Positions 1 through 10,079 of a stretch of DNA of 32,000 bases are shown piece after piece. Under the pieces are notes generated by a model. That model was not told the DNA's origin. It did not search any database and saw only the letters and a list, made by a program, of their open reading frames with translations. Made by a program: the position numbers and the translations under genes. The stretch is from an uncultured Lentisphaeria bacterium (lineage in GTDB: Bacteria > Verrucomicrobiota > Lentisphaeria > JABSQK01 > JAJFLO01): contig OX638337.1 of assembly GCA_951812855.1 (NCBI GenBank), forward strand, positions 570,001-602,000, read 5' to 3'. The number at the start of each line of letters is the position of its first letter. Within the stretch, counting starts at the first letter, position 1.

Positions 1-1092
1 TCACATCATCGAACCGGCAGTAAATGGCATATATATCCCATGTACGATTATGCACATCCTTTGTCCGATTCAATTGAAAACATAACACACTCACTGTGCA
101 CCCTTGAGTTTGAGATTCATCGGCCTTTATATGATTGGTTTATAAATGCACTGGAACTTGAATCCCGCCCTGAACAAACTGAATTTTCCCGATTAAATCT
201 AACCTATACGATAATGAGTAAACGTAAGCTGTTAGAACTCGTAACTGAAAAATTGGTCAACGGCTGGGATGACCCGAGAATGCCGACAATCTGTGGATTG
301 CGGCGGCGTGGATACACGCCGGCATCACTGCGCAATTTTTGCAGTAAAATCGGTATTACAAAATTTAACAGTCTAACCGACATTGCACTATTAGAACACT
401 GTGTCCGTGACGATTTAAATAAAACAGCAAATCGCGTTATGGTTGTTTTAGATCCACTAAAAATCATTATCGAAAACTATCCTGAAAACAAGACTGAAGA
501 TCTGGATGCAATTAATAATCCGGAAGATGAATCGATGGGCAAACGAAAGGTACCATTTTCAAGAGAAATTTATATCGAACGAAATGATTTCCTCGAAAAT
601 GCACCCAAAAAGTTCTTTCGATTGTCTCCGGGTAAAGAAGTAAGACTTCGATACGCCTATTATATTACCTGTACTAACGTCGTAAAAAATGAGGAGAGTG
701 GAGAAATCATCGAACTAACTTGTACCTATGATCCGGAAACTCGAGGCGGATCTTCTCCGGATAAAAGAAAAGTCAAAGGGACACTTCACTGGGTTTCAGC
801 TGAGCATGCTCTCAATGCAGAAGTCCGTCTCTACGACCGGCTCTTCACCGTTGAGGAACCCGATGCAGTAAAAGGTGATCACGGATACGAAAAATTCCTT
901 AATCCCGAATCATTAAAAATACTTACAAATTGCAAAGCTGAACCAAGTTTGTCAACGGCAGCAGCAGGCAGCAGTTTCCAATTCGAACGGCAGGGATATT
1001 TTAATGTCGATCCGGATTCATCTGATTCTAATCACTTAATATTTAACAGGACAGTCGCCTTGCGCGATTCCTGGACAAAGAAAAACAAGTAG
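1..1092 (+). CDS. glnS: glutaminyl-tRNA synthetase, C-terminal ~360 codons (5' end outside window)
   Basis: Frame 1 is open from base 1 ([37 protein letters not shown]...). It has the class-I GlnRS core end plus an anticodon-binding C-terminus ([14 protein letters not shown]). Stop is TAG at 1090-1092. Confidence 0.95.
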   Translation, partial: SHHRTGSKWHIYPMYDYAHPLSDSIENITHSLCTLEFEIHRPLYDWFINALELESRPEQTEFSRLNLTYTIMSKRKLLELVTEKLVNGWDDPRMPTICGLRRRGYTPASLRNFCSKIGITKFNSLTDIALLEHCVRDDLNKTANRVMVVLDPLKIIIENYPENKTEDLDAINNPEDESMGKRKVPFSREIYIERNDFLENAPKKFFRLSPGKEVRLRYAYYITCTNVVKNEESGEIIELTCTYDPETRGGSSPDKRKVKGTLHWVSAEHALNAEVRLYDRLFTVEEPDAVKGDHGYEKFLNPESLKILTNCKAEPSLSTAAAGSSFQFERQGYFNVDPDSSDSNHLIFNRTVALRDSWTKKNK

Positions 1093-1141
1093 TCAGATCA
1101 AGCAATTGACGCCATTCCATGGTAGAAAATCAGTAACCTGA

Positions 1142-1363
1142 TTAGTCTCTAAAAAGTCTAATGATACAATTAGCATTCCAGATTGGAAATTTTCCTGTAC
1201 AGCTTGTGATGAATGCTGCCGACGTTGGCATGTTGCACTGTCAGACGACGAGATAAAACACCACGAAGGATTTGAATGGGACGAAAACGATAAAATTCCT
1301 GATGAGGTAATCACAACGATTAACGATTATAAATACATCGCTCATGTCAAAAAGAGTCATTAA
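1142..1363 (+). pseudogene. YkgJ/UPF0153-like CxxCxxCC zinc/iron-chelating domain fragment, with no start codon and no C-terminal Cys cluster
   Basis: The stop-to-stop frame reads ...WKFSCTACDECCRRWHVALSDDEI..., the N-terminal signature of the family. There is no ATG/GTG/TTG after the upstream TGA (1139-1141). The second Cys motif is absent. The frame ends where the IS256-like remnant begins. Confidence 0.4.
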
Positions 1364-2531
1364 TCATCCATTTTCAGGTCCCGTTTTCCAGCGTCCCGTT
1401 GGTCATTGATTCCGATCAAAATAACACTTGCAAATCTGAGCAGTGATGCCTCGTTTGGGGAAAATGATGCGACGTGTGTTCGTCGCTTTAATCGTTTATT
1501 TATGTTTTCTGACATATTAGTAGCGGTACGTCATCGTCTATGGTGATGTCCGGGCAACTGATATACAGAGAAGCCGTCCTGGATATTATCGTGCATCAAG
1601 GCCGTCGATTTTGATGCTTTTTGTTCCTATTTTCCGATACTGATTTCGAGTAATCGCTCAGCTTCCTTTATCAAGGGGGCATTGAAGATATCCCGAATAT
1701 CCTGGGCAACCTCACGGTGCATTTCTTTTCCTCGATACGTAAGCCGTGGCATTGTACTGAAGGTGAACTTGGCAGCGTTGCCGGGGACTCAGGGGAAGCA
1801 TGTTTTTAATGCTGATTTAAGTCCTTCATGGTCATCAGCTGTTATCATTCTGATCCCTGATAAACCCCGTTTTTTCAAGGATCGGAGAAAATCTCGCCAA
1901 TGGACTTCTGCTTCACTAAAGAGATACACTTACACCGGGAATAGATCGTTTTCCCCCGGTATTCATCCCGATGGCAATAAGGACAGCACATGACCGTACA
2001 GCTCCGTCCTGACGAATTTTTCGCAGCGTGCATCAAGGATTAAATAGGCGGTTTATGAAAGAGTTCTGCAGCACCATTTTTCAAGTTCATCATTCAGCCG
2101 TGCTGTGGCACGGCTGACCCGGTAGCTGCTGACCTGAGTTCCACACAGAGTTTTCATAATCTGCGTTACTTTTCGCGTCGAGACACCTTGACTATACATT
2201 TCTGCTGAAGCCGGGTTTAGAGCCCGTTCGCTGCGTTGTCTTTGCTCAAGAGCTGAAGAATAAAAGCCTTCTTCTCCTCTAACCTGAGGAATCTGAAGGT
2301 CCCGTTTTCCCAGGCGGGTACTCAAGCACTTGGGTTTAAATCCATTGGCATGACATTCACGTTCCGCGGTTCTTTCCCGGGCTTGGGCACCGATAAATTC
2401 GGAACGTTCAATTTTCACAGCCTCGTTTAGCAGCATAGCAAAAGCTAAGCTGTTCCCATTCCTTCAAGTCCATTTTCAAGTATTGCCTGCACAGCTTCGG
2501 TTATACTATTATTATTTTCATTGTGGGTCAT
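1360..2531 (-). mobile_element. IS256-family (mutator-type) transposase gene, heavily degraded
   Basis: The N-terminal half is readable (MTHNENNNSITEAVQAILENGLEGMG.. / ..AMLLNEAVKIERSEFIGAQARERTAERECHANGFKP..MYSQGVSTRKVTQIMKTLCG). The C-terminal half is recognisable only by hopping frames (..YLILDARCEKIRQDGAVRSCAVLIAIG.., ..RQRCQVHLQYN.., ..RTATNMSENINKRLKRRTHVASFSPNEASLLR..). There are several frameshifts and in-frame TAA/TGA/TAG codons. Terminal inverted repeats could not be located. Confidence 0.85.
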
Positions 2532-2940
2532 AATTAGAATCCTTTGTTTATTGGGTACAAAAAAAGAATAATTCATCATGACCTGCGTTTTTATCAACTC
2601 AAAAATTTCCCCCCGGGGAAAACATTCTCTGCTGGTTGTTAGATCAGACAATACTGCTTGTCCTGTCTGGCCCCTCCGCAATGCCCGGCCTGTCGGCCCA
2701 ACCGATTGCTGCTGAAACCGCCCGGGTCCCCCTCCGGTCATGCACCGAGAGAAGTGAAATTACAGAACGAAAGTTACACCTTTTTTAGCTAAAACACTAA
2801 TTTGAATTAAGAAACTGCTAAACTAACTTTTCGGCGATAACTTTACCCTTATATTGCAACAAATACAGATTAAAATAAGATAGACGAATCAAAACTAATT
2901 ATTACTTTAATAATTGGAACTGAAAAATTCATGGTGAACT

Positions 2941-3879
2941 ATGTCAGCAACTGGCTATGTGTGCGAATTGACAAAAAAACAAATTGATAAACTCAAAGGA
3001 ATTCTTGAATATCAGTATTGGGAATTAGCAACAGTTCAGTATGCACATTGGCAAGCTCGAAAAAATAAAACCACTATCACAGCCTACACCTCAGGAAAAG
3101 TATCAATGCAGGGAAAGGGTACCGCTGAAGTCGTGCAATTCATTATTGAACCCTATATCTCAAAGGAGTTTAGATTCGGTTATGAATCTGAATGGACTAA
3201 GATGGATAATCCTAAAATGCTGGAACCCCATAGCGGGATTGATGAAAGTGGCAAAGGAGATTATTTTGGTCCCCTGGTGATCGCCGCAGTTTTTGTTACT
3301 GAAGAATCCGCAAGAGTACTTATAGATGCAGGAATTCAGGATTCAAAAAATATCAAGAGTGACAAAAAGATGGCTTTTTTAGCTCAAAAGGTTAAAACAG
3401 CAACAAATGGTGGATTCGCATTGGTCAGCATCGGAAATGAAGCTTATAATCGAATGTATGACAAGCTGAAGAATATCAATAAGATACTCGCCTGGGGCCA
3501 TGCAAGATCACTTGAAAATTTGCTGGAAAAACGTCCAGAATGTAAACATGCTATTTCTGATCGATTCGGGAGAAAATCAACGGTATTAGAGGCATTGATG
3601 AGTCGAGGGAAAAAAATTCATTTGGAGCAGTATACTAAAGCAGAAAGTGATGTGGCTGTAGCCGCAGCCTCAATCGTCGCAAGAGACGAATTTGTGAAAC
3701 GGTTAGGTCAGCTGGGGGATCAAATAGGTAAAGTATTACCGAAAGGTGCATCATCAAAAGTAGTCGAACGTGCGAGTGAAATTATTTCGGAATACGGTGA
3801 AGAAGAATTGGGAAAATATGCAAAACTGCATTTTCGAATCACTGAAAAATCAAGAAATTCAGCTAACAAAACTGACTAA
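2941..3879 (+). CDS. rnhC: ribonuclease HIII
   Basis: 312 aa. It has an N-terminal RNase HIII-type duplex-binding domain followed by an RNase HII/HIII fold with GIDESGKGDYFGPLVIAAV and DSK motifs. Confidence 0.85.
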   Translation: MSATGYVCELTKKQIDKLKGILEYQYWELATVQYAHWQARKNKTTITAYTSGKVSMQGKGTAEVVQFIIEPYISKEFRFGYESEWTKMDNPKMLEPHSGIDESGKGDYFGPLVIAAVFVTEESARVLIDAGIQDSKNIKSDKKMAFLAQKVKTATNGGFALVSIGNEAYNRMYDKLKNINKILAWGHARSLENLLEKRPECKHAISDRFGRKSTVLEALMSRGKKIHLEQYTKAESDVAVAAASIVARDEFVKRLGQLGDQIGKVLPKGASSKVVERASEIISEYGEEELGKYAKLHFRITEKSRNSANKTD

Positions 3880-3881
3880 AT

Positions 3882-5261
3882 TTATGATCTCAGATTCCGT
3901 CGGCTCCGCATATGGCCACGTTCTAAAAATCCGTCATAGTGATGCATAAGCAAATGAGATTCGATTTGCCGAATCGTATCAAGCATTACTCCAACGATAA
4001 TCAACAAGCTGGCACCGCCAAAAAAAGACGCAATTAAAAACGGGATATTTAACTGTTGAGTAAAAATCATTGGACAAAGTGCCAGTGCTGTTAAAAAAAG
4101 AGCACCTGCTGTGGTAACCCTGGTCATTGATTTATCAAGAAAATCTGAAGTTGGTTTTCCCGGTCGGATTCCAGGAACATAAGCACCTTGTCGTTTTAAA
4201 TCGTCAGCAATTTGAATTGGATTAAATTGATTTGCCACCCAGAAAAATGAAAACAGGATAAGTAAACCTGCATACAATGCCATGTATGAAAGAGTTCCAT
4301 AAGAAAACCAACTGCCAACATATCCCATCCATGAAACGCGCGTTGACAGAAAATTAATTATAATAGGCGGAAACATCAAGATTGCACTTGCAAAAATAAT
4401 AGGCATAACATTCGCAAAATTTACACGTAATGGAATATACGAATTTTGAGAAGATGCCCCTTTTCTTCCAGCCATTGCTTTTGCATATTGTACCGGGATC
4501 CGGCGAACACCGACTGTCAAGGCCACTGTTGCTGCTGTAACAAGAATAAACAAGGCAATCAAAATACAAATATGAATCACTGTAAACTGTTGCTCGCCTG
4601 TTCCCTGCGTGCGAAATAAACTCCACATTCCATAAACTGCTGATGGGAGTTGTTCCAAAATTCCAACGGTAATAATCAGCGATGCACCATTTCCAATTCC
4701 ACGATCTGTAATCTGTTCACCTAACCACATTAAAATCATCGTTCCACAGGTCAAAATAATAACTGTCGTTGCTATAAAAGTTCCCCCGGGGTTTATTACG
4801 ATATCCGGTACTCTTTGACCTAATAATGCACTTGGATTCAACATTCCTTTAGCCAACAATCCACCCTGAATTATGCAAATAATCAATGTTAAATACCGAG
4901 TCCATTGAGTGATTTTTTGATAACCGCTTTCGCCTTCACGCTTTAACTTCTCCAATTTGGGAAGAACCGGGGTCATTAGTTGCATAATAATTGAAGCAGA
5001 AATGTAGGGCATAATTCCTAAAGCAGCTACCGCAAACCGCTGCAGTGCTCCACCGCTAAATAAATTGACCATTCCCACAATACCTTGTGAACCACCGGAA
5101 CTTTGTTCAAGTAGTTCGAATATTTTCTGAAGAGCATCAGGATCAATACCAGGACAGGGGACATTTGCAGCAACTCGGCATAATGCAATAATACCCAACG
5201 TAAAAAATATCTTTTTTCGAAGTTCTTTTACTTTTAGACTGTTCGCAAATGCAGATATCAT
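3882..5261 (-). CDS. secY: preprotein translocase subunit SecY
   Basis: 459 aa polytopic membrane protein with typical SecY N-terminus (..LRKKIFFTLGIIALCRV..) and conserved GIMPYISASII and GxSLLI segments. It follows rplO. Confidence 0.95.
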   Translation of the reverse strand: MISAFANSLKVKELRKKIFFTLGIIALCRVAANVPCPGIDPDALQKIFELLEQSSGGSQGIVGMVNLFSGGALQRFAVAALGIMPYISASIIMQLMTPVLPKLEKLKREGESGYQKITQWTRYLTLIICIIQGGLLAKGMLNPSALLGQRVPDIVINPGGTFIATTVIILTCGTMILMWLGEQITDRGIGNGASLIITVGILEQLPSAVYGMWSLFRTQGTGEQQFTVIHICILIALFILVTAATVALTVGVRRIPVQYAKAMAGRKGASSQNSYIPLRVNFANVMPIIFASAILMFPPIIINFLSTRVSWMGYVGSWFSYGTLSYMALYAGLLILFSFFWVANQFNPIQIADDLKRQGAYVPGIRPGKPTSDFLDKSMTRVTTAGALFLTALALCPMIFTQQLNIPFLIASFFGGASLLIIVGVMLDTIRQIESHLLMHHYDGFLERGHMRSRRNLRS

Positions 5262-5364
5262 GTTTTTGACTTATATTTGTTTATCTGGTGCATCGTTTGA
5301 TTTTTATTAGGAAAGGATTTCTATACACATAATGTATCGATTTACTACTTTGGCTGAAAAAATT

Positions 5365-5820
5365 CTATACACTTAACTTAACTAACTTGCATGTTCCTTC
5401 AGCAGCTTCAATCTTAGCCTTAGCCGGTGCTGAAAACTGAGTTGCTTCCACTGTAAGAGCCTTGGAAATTTTTCCGTCTCCCAGTATCTTGATTTCCTTT
5501 ACATTTTTACCAACCATACCTTTTGAAATTAAGACTTCGGCGGTAACATTATCGCCATCCTCAAAGTTTTTTTCCAAAGCCTTTACATTTACCAGGGTAT
5601 ATTCAACATTAGAAGGATGATTAAAACCTCTTTTAGGTAACCTGCGAAACAAAGGAATTTGTCCACCTTCAAAGTAAGATTTTCTGGAATATCCGCTCCT
5701 TGACTTTTGGCCTTTTTCGCCACGCCCACAAGTTCGACCCCAGTTATTTCCATTTCCTCTGCCCACTCTTTTACGGTTTTTACGCGGACACGTATTTTTT
5801 AAATTATTAAGCTTCATCAT
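5365..5820 (-). CDS. rplO: 50S ribosomal protein L15
   Basis: 151 aa, MKLNNL..RKRVGRGNGNNWGRTCGRGEKGQKSRSG.. L15 signature. Located between rpsE and secY. Confidence 0.95.
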   Translation of the reverse strand: MMKLNNLKNTCPRKNRKRVGRGNGNNWGRTCGRGEKGQKSRSGYSRKSYFEGGQIPLFRRLPKRGFNHPSNVEYTLVNVKALEKNFEDGDNVTAEVLISKGMVGKNVKEIKILGDGKISKALTVEATQFSAPAKAKIEAAEGTCKLVKLSV

Positions 5821-5835
5821 GATCTGGTTTATTCC

Positions 5836-6345
5836 TTATAATGAGGTCAAATCCCGCTTCGCTAAAACGGAATCGCGACTCGACAACCTGGATAATGAAA
5901 TGAATGTCGCTTTTACAACGTTAATCGGATTATTAGATCCAAGTGATTTTGTCAAAACATCACTTACTCCAGCTAAATCCAATACTGCTCGCATACCTCC
6001 GCCTGCAATCAATCCGGTACCGGGTGATGCAGGTCTCATCAGAACTCGACCACCACAAAATTTACCCTCAATTTTATGCGGAATTGTATGCTTATAAAGA
6101 GGAACATCTATAATATTTTTCCTGGCAAGTTCATTTCCCTTTCGGATAGCATCTGCAACTTCGTTTGCTTTGCCTAAACCGTAACCTACTTTCCCACTTT
6201 TATTGCCAACAACAACCAACGCACTAAAACTGAAATTACGTCCGCCCTTAACAACTTTACTGCACCGTTTGATACAGACGACTCTGTCTTCAAAGTCCTT
6301 CACGGAAGATACCGCATTTTCTGATTTTGCTTCTTTGGTTGTCAC
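5836..6345 (-). CDS. rpsE: 30S ribosomal protein S5
   Basis: 169 aa, ..[35 protein letters not shown].. S5 signature. Confidence 0.95.
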   Translation of the reverse strand: MTTKEAKSENAVSSVKDFEDRVVCIKRCSKVVKGGRNFSFSALVVVGNKSGKVGYGLGKANEVADAIRKGNELARKNIIDVPLYKHTIPHKIEGKFCGGRVLMRPASPGTGLIAGGGMRAVLDLAGVSDVLTKSLGSNNPINVVKATFISLSRLSSRDSVLAKRDLTSL

Positions 6346-6361
6346 TAAATAAACTCCTATG

Positions 6362-6724
6362 TTAAAATTCTAACCCACATTTTCGGGCAGCCTCAGCAAG
6401 CGTTTTAATTCGACCATGATACTTGAATCCTCCCCGATCAAATATAACCTTTTTAATTCCGGCTGAAAGTGCTTTCTCAGCAACAGCATTTCCCAATATT
6501 TCTGCACCTTTACAATTTAAGCCAACTCTCTTTTTACGCATTTCCTTATCGAGAGTTGAAAGTGATGCGAGTGTATGTCCGGCATCGTCATCTACAAATT
6601 GTACGTAGAGATGTTTACCAGAGATATACACAGAAAATCGAGGAATTTCGGATGTTCCTTTTATTTTTTGACGAATCCGCATATGCCGAATATGTCTAAG
6701 TTTTTTTCTAGATTTTAATGCCAT
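6362..6724 (-). CDS. rplR: 50S ribosomal protein L18
   Basis: 120 aa, ..[43 protein letters not shown]18 signature. Confidence 0.95.
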   Translation of the reverse strand: MALKSRKKLRHIRHMRIRQKIKGTSEIPRFSVYISGKHLYVQFVDDDAGHTLASLSTLDKEMRKKRVGLNCKGAEILGNAVAEKALSAGIKKVIFDRGGFKYHGRIKTLAEAARKCGLEF

Positions 6725-6750
6725 AACAGTTATCTAAAATCCTATCAAAA

Positions 6751-7284
6751 TTATACAGTTTTTCCTTCTTTCATTCGGATATATTCGTCAGCATAACGAA
6801 TTCCCTTACCTTTATATGGTTCTGGTTTCCTAAACTGACGAATCGTAGCACTGACTTGACCGACCCGCTGCTTATCAATTCCATCAACAGTTATTTTTGT
6901 ATTATCGGCTACAGTAATTTTTACATCATCCGGTACTTTATATTCAACGGGATGAGAGTACCCAACATTTATTACCAACTTTTTGCCACTGACCTGTGCA
7001 CGATATCCAACGCCATTGATTAATAACTCTTTTTGGAACCCTGAATCAACGCCTTTAACCATATTTGCAAGCAAACTGCGGGTTAAACCATGCAATGCTT
7101 TGGTTTTACGACTTTCATCGGCAACCGTAACCGTGATTCGATTTTCAATAATTTCTACATTGATAGAATTCGGGATGACATGACTCAATTCACCTCTGCT
7201 GCCAGTGACGGTAACATCCTTGTCTTTGACATTAACCTTGACTTTATCGTTCAATAAAATTGGTTTACTTCCAATTCGTGACAT
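6751..7284 (-). CDS. rplF: 50S ribosomal protein L6
   Basis: 177 aa, MSRIGSKPI....GVGYRA..GYSHPV..EPYKGKGIRY L6 signature. Confidence 0.95.
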   Translation of the reverse strand: MSRIGSKPILLNDKVKVNVKDKDVTVTGSRGELSHVIPNSINVEIIENRITVTVADESRKTKALHGLTRSLLANMVKGVDSGFQKELLINGVGYRAQVSGKKLVINVGYSHPVEYKVPDDVKITVADNTKITVDGIDKQRVGQVSATIRQFRKPEPYKGKGIRYADEYIRMKEGKTV

Positions 7285-7355
7285 AATCCGTTTCTCTAAT
7301 TATTGTAATATTCGGGTAATCTACTAATTTGAGCAAATTGTGACATTTTTATTCG

Positions 7356-7754
7356 TTACCAAACATAACATAAAACTTCGCCACCAAGACTTTCTTTCTC
7401 TGCCTGTTTCCCATTCATCACACCATTCGGGGTTGTCATGATTACAATACCAAGGCCGCCTAAAACACGTGGTATTTCCTTAGCACTGACATATACCCTT
7501 AATGATGGTAGACTAATTCGCTTTAAGCCCTCAATTACATGGGTATTATTTTTATATTTAAGATTGATTTTTAATCTTTTTTTATTGTTGCCGTCATCCT
7601 CAATCGTGTAATCTGCGATATATCCTTCTTTTTTTAATACGTCAACAATTGCATTTTTCAATCTGGATGAAGGCAGAGATACTTCGGGATGCATAACCTT
7701 TCCGGCATTTCTTATTCGTGTCAACATATCTGCGATTGGATCACTCATGTTCAT
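7356..7754 (-). CDS. rpsH: 30S ribosomal protein S8 (true start may be the Met at 7748)
   Basis: MSDPIADMLTRIRNA... and C-terminal ..GGEVLCYVW S8 signature. Confidence 0.95.
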   Translation of the reverse strand: MNMSDPIADMLTRIRNAGKVMHPEVSLPSSRLKNAIVDVLKKEGYIADYTIEDDGNNKKRLKINLKYKNNTHVIEGLKRISLPSLRVYVSAKEIPRVLGGLGIVIMTTPNGVMNGKQAEKESLGGEVLCYVW

Positions 7755-7768
7755 GTCATCTATTCCTT

Positions 7769-7954
7769 TTACCAGCTTGCCTTAATAACACCGGGTAATT
7801 GTCCCACAGCTGCTAATTCTCTAAAGCAGATTCGACAAAGCTTAAAACGTCTCATATAAGCACGCGATCTTCCACAACGCTGACATCTGTTATAAGCCCG
7901 TGTTGAAAATTTAGGTTTCCGATTTGATTTAACTATTAATGACGTTTTTGCCAA
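7769..7954 (-). CDS. rpsZ: 30S ribosomal protein S14, short zinc-binding type Z
   Basis: 61 aa with CQRCGR...CRICFRE Cys pairs. Located between rplE and rpsH. Confidence 0.95.
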   Translation of the reverse strand: MAKTSLIVKSNRKPKFSTRAYNRCQRCGRSRAYMRRFKLCRICFRELAAVGQLPGVIKASW

Positions 7955-7964
7955 AATTCACCTC

Positions 7965-8501
7965 TTATTTTCTAAACGGAATTCCCATCATTGACAATAA
8001 CTGGAATCCCTCTTTGTTCGTGTTTGCTGTCGTAATTATATTAATATTCATGCCGATTGTATGTTTCATTTTGTCCAGATTCACCTCCGTAAATATGGAT
8101 TGATCACTAATGCCCATACTGAAGTTTCCCCGACCGTCAAATGATTTTGGGGAAATACCCCGAAAATCTCTAACTCGCGGGAGTGCGACATTCACCAATC
8201 TGGTAAAAAAATCATACATTCGCCTTCCTCTCAGTGTTACTGCTACGCCAACGTTGCTGCCTTTCCTCAACTTAAATCCGGCAACATTTACTCTTGCTCT
8301 TGTAATATAAGGTTTTTGCCCGGTAATATCGGCGATTGTTCTAATCGCCTCATCAAAAACATCTCTATCTTTTCCTGTAGCAATTCCCGAGCTTATCACA
8401 ATCTTCACTATCTTTGGTACTTGAAAAACATTGCTGTATCCACATGACTCTTTTAATTCGGGGATAATTTCTTCTTTGTATTTTGTTGCTATCAGAGACA
8501 T
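7965..8501 (-). CDS. rplE: 50S ribosomal protein L5
   Basis: 178 aa, ..FQVPKIVKIVISSG..GQKPYITRARVNVAGFKLRKG.. L5 signature. Confidence 0.95.
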   Translation of the reverse strand: MSLIATKYKEEIIPELKESCGYSNVFQVPKIVKIVISSGIATGKDRDVFDEAIRTIADITGQKPYITRARVNVAGFKLRKGSNVGVAVTLRGRRMYDFFTRLVNVALPRVRDFRGISPKSFDGRGNFSMGISDQSIFTEVNLDKMKHTIGMNINIITTANTNKEGFQLLSMMGIPFRK

Positions 8502-8517
8502 GGTGCTATTTTTTACC

Positions 8518-8787
8518 TTACGATTTAGCTTTTATTCGCTTATCATAAACATCTTTTAACATTATATTTGAAACATGAATCGGACATTCTTTATCAACAT
8601 ACCCACCCTGAGGATTCTGGGATGTCTTTTTTAGGGTTACTTTTCGAACATTGATTCCTTCAACAACAACACGATTTTTTGTCTTATCAATATATTTAAC
8701 TTTACCAACTCGCTTTTCAAAAGGTAAATGCCGACTATCACCACTGATAACAACAACAGTGTTTCCTTTATGTATTTTCCGTGACAT
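8518..8787 (-). CDS. rplX: 50S ribosomal protein L24 (start moved to the internal Met; the track's 8817 start would overlap rplN)
   Basis: MSRKIHKGNTVVVISGD..GKVKYIDKTKNRVVVEGINV.. KOW-domain L24. ATG at 8787 lies just after the rplN stop (8789-8791). Confidence 0.9.
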   Translation of the reverse strand: MSRKIHKGNTVVVISGDSRHLPFEKRVGKVKYIDKTKNRVVVEGINVRKVTLKKTSQNPQGGYVDKECPIHVSNIMLKDVYDKRIKAKS

Positions 8788-8788
8788 T

Positions 8789-9154
8789 TTATAGAACCTC
8801 AGGTGCAAGTGAAACAATTTTCATAAAATTCTTTTCACGCAGTTCCCTGGCAATCGGTCCGAAGACCCGCGTCCCCCGCGGATTTAAGCTGTCATCTATA
8901 ACAACCCCGGAGTTCCGATCGAACCGTAAACGGGATCCGTCTTTACGTCGAATTGGCGATGACGTCCTAACGACCACCACCTTTACAACTTCACCTTTTT
9001 TTACCATTCCTCCCGGAGTCGCTTCTTTTACGGCTGCAGTAACCAAATCACCAACACCGGCATATCGCTTTCTCTGCCCTAAAACACAAATGGCAACGAC
9101 TCTTTTAGCTCCGGAATTATCAGCTATTTCTAAACTTGTTTCGGCTTGAATCAT
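8789..9154 (-). CDS. rplN: 50S ribosomal protein L14
   Basis: 121 aa, [30 protein letters not shown].. L14 signature. Confidence 0.95.
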   Translation of the reverse strand: MIQAETSLEIADNSGAKRVVAICVLGQRKRYAGVGDLVTAAVKEATPGGMVKKGEVVKVVVVRTSSPIRRKDGSRLRFDRNSGVVIDDSLNPRGTRVFGPIARELREKNFMKIVSLAPEVL

Positions 9155-9164
9155 AAGACTATTA

Positions 9165-9452
9165 TTATTCTGTTGTTCGGATTATTTCTGTCAAGCGCCA
9201 TCGTTTTAACTTACTGAGAGGCCGTGTTTCAACAATTTTAACGACATCTCCCAATTTTGCTTCATTTTTCTCATCATGAACATGGAAACGTTTACTCCTG
9301 ACCAGAATTTTCTTGTATTTTTTATGAGCTGTTTTACGATCAACCCTAATTATAATGGTTTTTTCCTGACAGTCACTGACAACGACACCAACACGCTCTT
9401 TCCTGAGCCCTTGCGATTTTTCCGTTTCTTCACTCATTTGTAGATTCTTCAC
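9165..9452 (-). CDS. rpsQ: 30S ribosomal protein S17
   Basis: 95 aa, ..[47 protein letters not shown].. S17 signature. Confidence 0.93.
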   Translation of the reverse strand: MKNLQMSEETEKSQGLRKERVGVVVSDCQEKTIIIRVDRKTAHKKYKKILVRSKRFHVHDEKNEAKLGDVVKIVETRPLSKLKRWRLTEIIRTTE

Positions 9453-9454
9453 TA

Positions 9455-9652
9455 TTATTTCGATTTAACAACACGTTGATGCTGTTCTGTTTTAAATCGT
9501 GCAATCTCCCGTCGCAACAACCGTAGTCTTGCGGTATTTTCCAATTGCCCGATTTTTGCCTGAATGCGTAGATTTAGATGCTCCTTATTTGCATCCTCCA
9601 ACTGCTTATTCAGCTCACTGTCAGTTAATTCATGAATTTCACTTACTCTCAT
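9455..9652 (-). CDS. rpmC: 50S ribosomal protein L29
   Basis: 65 aa, ..EIHELTDSELNKQLEDANKEHLNLRIQ.. L29 signature. Located between rplP and rpsQ. Confidence 0.93.
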   Translation of the reverse strand: MRVSEIHELTDSELNKQLEDANKEHLNLRIQAKIGQLENTARLRLLRREIARFKTEQHQRVVKSK

Positions 9653-9665
9653 AACAACCCTTTAA

Positions 9666-10079
9666 TTATGACGCTCTGCTTAATAAACGACAACGCAAAC
9701 CAAGTTTATTTGCGGCTCTGGACAATCCCTCACGAGCGACTGTTGCCGAACAACCTTTGACTTCAAAAATAACACGCCCCGGCTTAACAACAGCGACCCA
9801 ACTTTCAGGGTTGCCTTTTCCTTTACCCATTCGGGTTTCTAACGGCTTTTTAGAGATCGGCTTATCTGGAAACATTCGAATCCATATCTGACCACGACGC
9901 TGCATATGACGTGTTACAGCAATACGGGCAGCCTCAATTTGACGATTAGTAATCCAACCAGATTCCAGTACCTGAAGGCCAAAATCTCCGAAATCGAGCT
10001 TATTGTTTTTGTACGCGTTTCCGGCGTAACTTCCCCGCTGAACCTTTCGGTACTTTACCCTCTTTGGTAATAACGGCAT
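9666..10079 (-). CDS. rplP: 50S ribosomal protein L16
   Basis: 137 aa, [16 protein letters not shown]...[11 protein letters not shown].. L16 signature. An AAGGAGG Shine-Dalgarno lies just upstream of the ATG, inside the rpsC tail. Confidence 0.95.
   Translation of the reverse strand: MPLLPKRVKYRKVQRGSYAGNAYKNNKLDFGDFGLQVLESGWITNRQIEAARIAVTRHMQRRGQIWIRMFPDKPISKKPLETRMGKGKGNPESWVAVVKPGRVIFEVKGCSATVAREGLSRAANKLGLRCRLLSRAS

Noticed and set aside
2445-2741. 98-aa ORF with a Gly/Pro/Arg-rich N-terminus.
   Set aside because: Only its last 28 codons (MTHNENNNSITEAVQAILENGLEGMGTA) are transposase N-terminus. The upstream part is translation of the GC-rich IS leader and is not protein-like.
8781-9149. 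Long ORFs antisense to well-supported genes. Examples are 8781..9149(+) in rplN, 25837..26343(+) in capD, 1682..1993(+) in the IS256 remnant, 21073..21384(+) in the IS5 remnant, 4354..4626(-) in secY and 30975..31175(-) in bioF.
   Set aside because: Each lies entirely opposite a gene with strong family signatures. Their translations are low-complexity or compositionally odd, and no motif is recognisable. They are treated as shadow ORFs.
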